Source: Thermoplasmata archaeon (GTDB lineage: Archaea > Thermoplasmatota > Thermoplasmata > RBG-16-68-12 > JAFNFQ01). From it: a stretch of 64,000 nt of DNA. The notes below the pieces were generated by a model that was given only the letters and a program-made list of their open reading frames with translations, was not told where the DNA came from and did no database searches. Positions 62,425-64,000 of the stretch are shown piece after piece. The translations under genes were made by a program, and so were the position numbers. The stretch spans positions 96,001 to 160,000 of the forward strand of contig JBGPQV010000002.1 of NCBI GenBank assembly GCA_041489255.1. The letters run 5' to 3'. How positions within the stretch are numbered: position 1 is the first letter of the stretch; every line of letters starts with the position of its first letter.

Positions 62425-62443
62425 AACGCCGCGGTGGGTTTTG

Positions 62444-62516
62444 CGCCCTCCGACCTGCAAGCCAAGCCTTCGAGGTTCTGGGCCTCGCGACCGCAGTTCG
62501 AATCTGCTTGGGGCCA
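62444..62516 (+). pseudogene. Degenerate tRNA-Gln(CTG)
   Basis: Perfect anticodon arm CGAGG-TTCTGGG-CCTCG and GCAG-TTCGAAT-CTGC T arm, but acceptor 1:72 and 7:66 mismatches, a 49:65 mismatch and a D arm lacking U8 and the GG motif. Confidence 0.75.
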
Positions 62517-62635
62517 TACGTCTCCTCCGTCATGTTTTCAAGATCCCGCCCATGGTCGAGGTTGCCCTCCGAAGGGATGCCTCAGGAGGGAAATGCTTAA
62601 GGCAAGTGTAACACATGTACTACTTGAGTGAGGAA

Positions 62636-62866
62636 ATGGACACGACAATCCGCGAACTCGACGACGACCTCTACCGGCAGGCAAAGGCCAAGGCGGCCCT
62701 CATGGGTATCTCCATCGGACGCGCTATGAACGAGGCCATGCGGAAGTGGATCTCAGAAGGCAGCGAAGCCAAGAAGGGGAGCATCCTCGATCTGAAACCG
62801 GCGAGATTCGGGAAGGGAAGCGAGCATCTCAGCGAAGAAATCGACAAGGTCCTGTATGGGGAGTAA
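62636..62866 (+). CDS. Antitoxin (RHH-like, VapB-type)
   Basis: TTIRELDDDLYRQAKAKAA...SEEIDKVLYGE; precedes a PIN gene. Confidence 0.82.
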   Translation: MDTTIRELDDDLYRQAKAKAALMGISIGRAMNEAMRKWISEGSEAKKGSILDLKPARFGKGSEHLSEEIDKVLYGE

Positions 62867-62868
62867 GG

Positions 62869-63273
62869 ATGCTGCTGCTTGACACCAGCGTGATAGTCGC
62901 CTTCAGGAATGCCGATGACGTGAACCACGAGAGGAGCATGCGGGTGTTCGAGGACCTGGCGAACGGCAAATATGCGAACGGCCTCGTAAGCGAATTTGTG
63001 TTTCTTGAGACGGTGACAGTGCTGAAGAGGAAGTGTGGAGCGACGATCGCGGTTGAGACCGGCGAGGCACTTCTCGACTCGAAGGAGATCAAAGTCCTCC
63101 CATCTGGAGACTTATCCGATGCTTCCTGGAAGGAATTCGTGAACCTTTCGAAGACGAAGCTGAGCTTCGTCGATGCCTCCAATCTCGTTGCCATGCGGAT
63201 GTACGGGACCCGGGAGATAGCGACGTTCGACCAAGAGTACCGCAAAATCAAGGGGATAGAGGTCGTCGGATAG
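62869..63273 (+). CDS. vapC: PIN-domain toxin (VapC-type)
   Basis: LLDTSV, E, LSFVDA, IATFDQEY acidic catalytic set. Confidence 0.9.
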   Translation: MLLLDTSVIVAFRNADDVNHERSMRVFEDLANGKYANGLVSEFVFLETVTVLKRKCGATIAVETGEALLDSKEIKVLPSGDLSDASWKEFVNLSKTKLSFVDASNLVAMRMYGTREIATFDQEYRKIKGIEVVG

Positions 63274-63389
63274 ACCACGCGACCGTGTCCGGAGGGAGAA
63301 CGGCCTGCCACTCTCGGACCGTTTCTGGGCATCTACCTGCCAAGTCCCCGTCGAAAATGCTTATACGGAGACGCGGCTTGACGGAACGT

Positions 63390-63460
63390 AGCCCCGTGGT
63401 GTAATGGCAGCATAAGAGGCTCTGGACCTCTTGGCATCGGTTCGAATCCGGTCGGGGCTG
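63390..63460 (+). tRNA. tRNA-Gln(CTG), A1:U72, discriminator G73
   Basis: AGCCCCG/CGGGGCT acceptor, AGAGG-CTCTGGA-CCTCT anticodon arm, ATCGG-TTCGAAT-CCGGT T arm; TATA-like AAAATGCTTATA about 25 bp upstream. Confidence 0.95.
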
Positions 63461-63489
63461 CCTGTCCATCCGAGATTCGGTGAAGAAGA

Positions 63490-64000
<511 letters not shown>

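Overview
Archaeal chromosomal segment, most consistent with Thermoplasmatota (inference). Archaeal markers include Spt5, SecE/Sec61gamma, Rpl11, Cgi121, Hel308, class I LysRS, a GfcR-like PRTase, BRE/TATA promoters and GGTGA-type RBSs, together with gyrB/gyrA. Housekeeping genes (folC, nth, gyrAB, cysS, two tandem ftsZ, secE-spt5-rpl11, korAB, pyrD/pyrK, tupABC, lysS) alternate with eight 0.6-1.5 kaa secreted or surface proteins. The most striking feature is at the right edge and is missing from the ORF track: a bacterial-type glutaminyl-tRNA synthetase gene (63490..>64000). Archaea are generally held to lack GlnRS. It lies 29 bp behind an intact tRNA-Gln(CUG) with a G73 discriminator, and a decayed archaeal-type tRNA-Gln(CUG) copy (A73) and a VapBC pair lie just upstream, which suggests replacement of the Gln-tRNA pathway. 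Other notable items: two giant surface proteins fused through a TM segment to tandem winged-HTH domains, a phased 16-unit 21-bp intergenic array beside hel308, a tRNA-Cys with A73 near a CysRS with variant motifs, a multi-TM protein with a longin/roadblock-like tail, a direct-repeat-flanked gene between spt5 and rpl11, and an orphan nrdJ-like 3' remnant. All protein calls come from motif recognition only; no database search was run.
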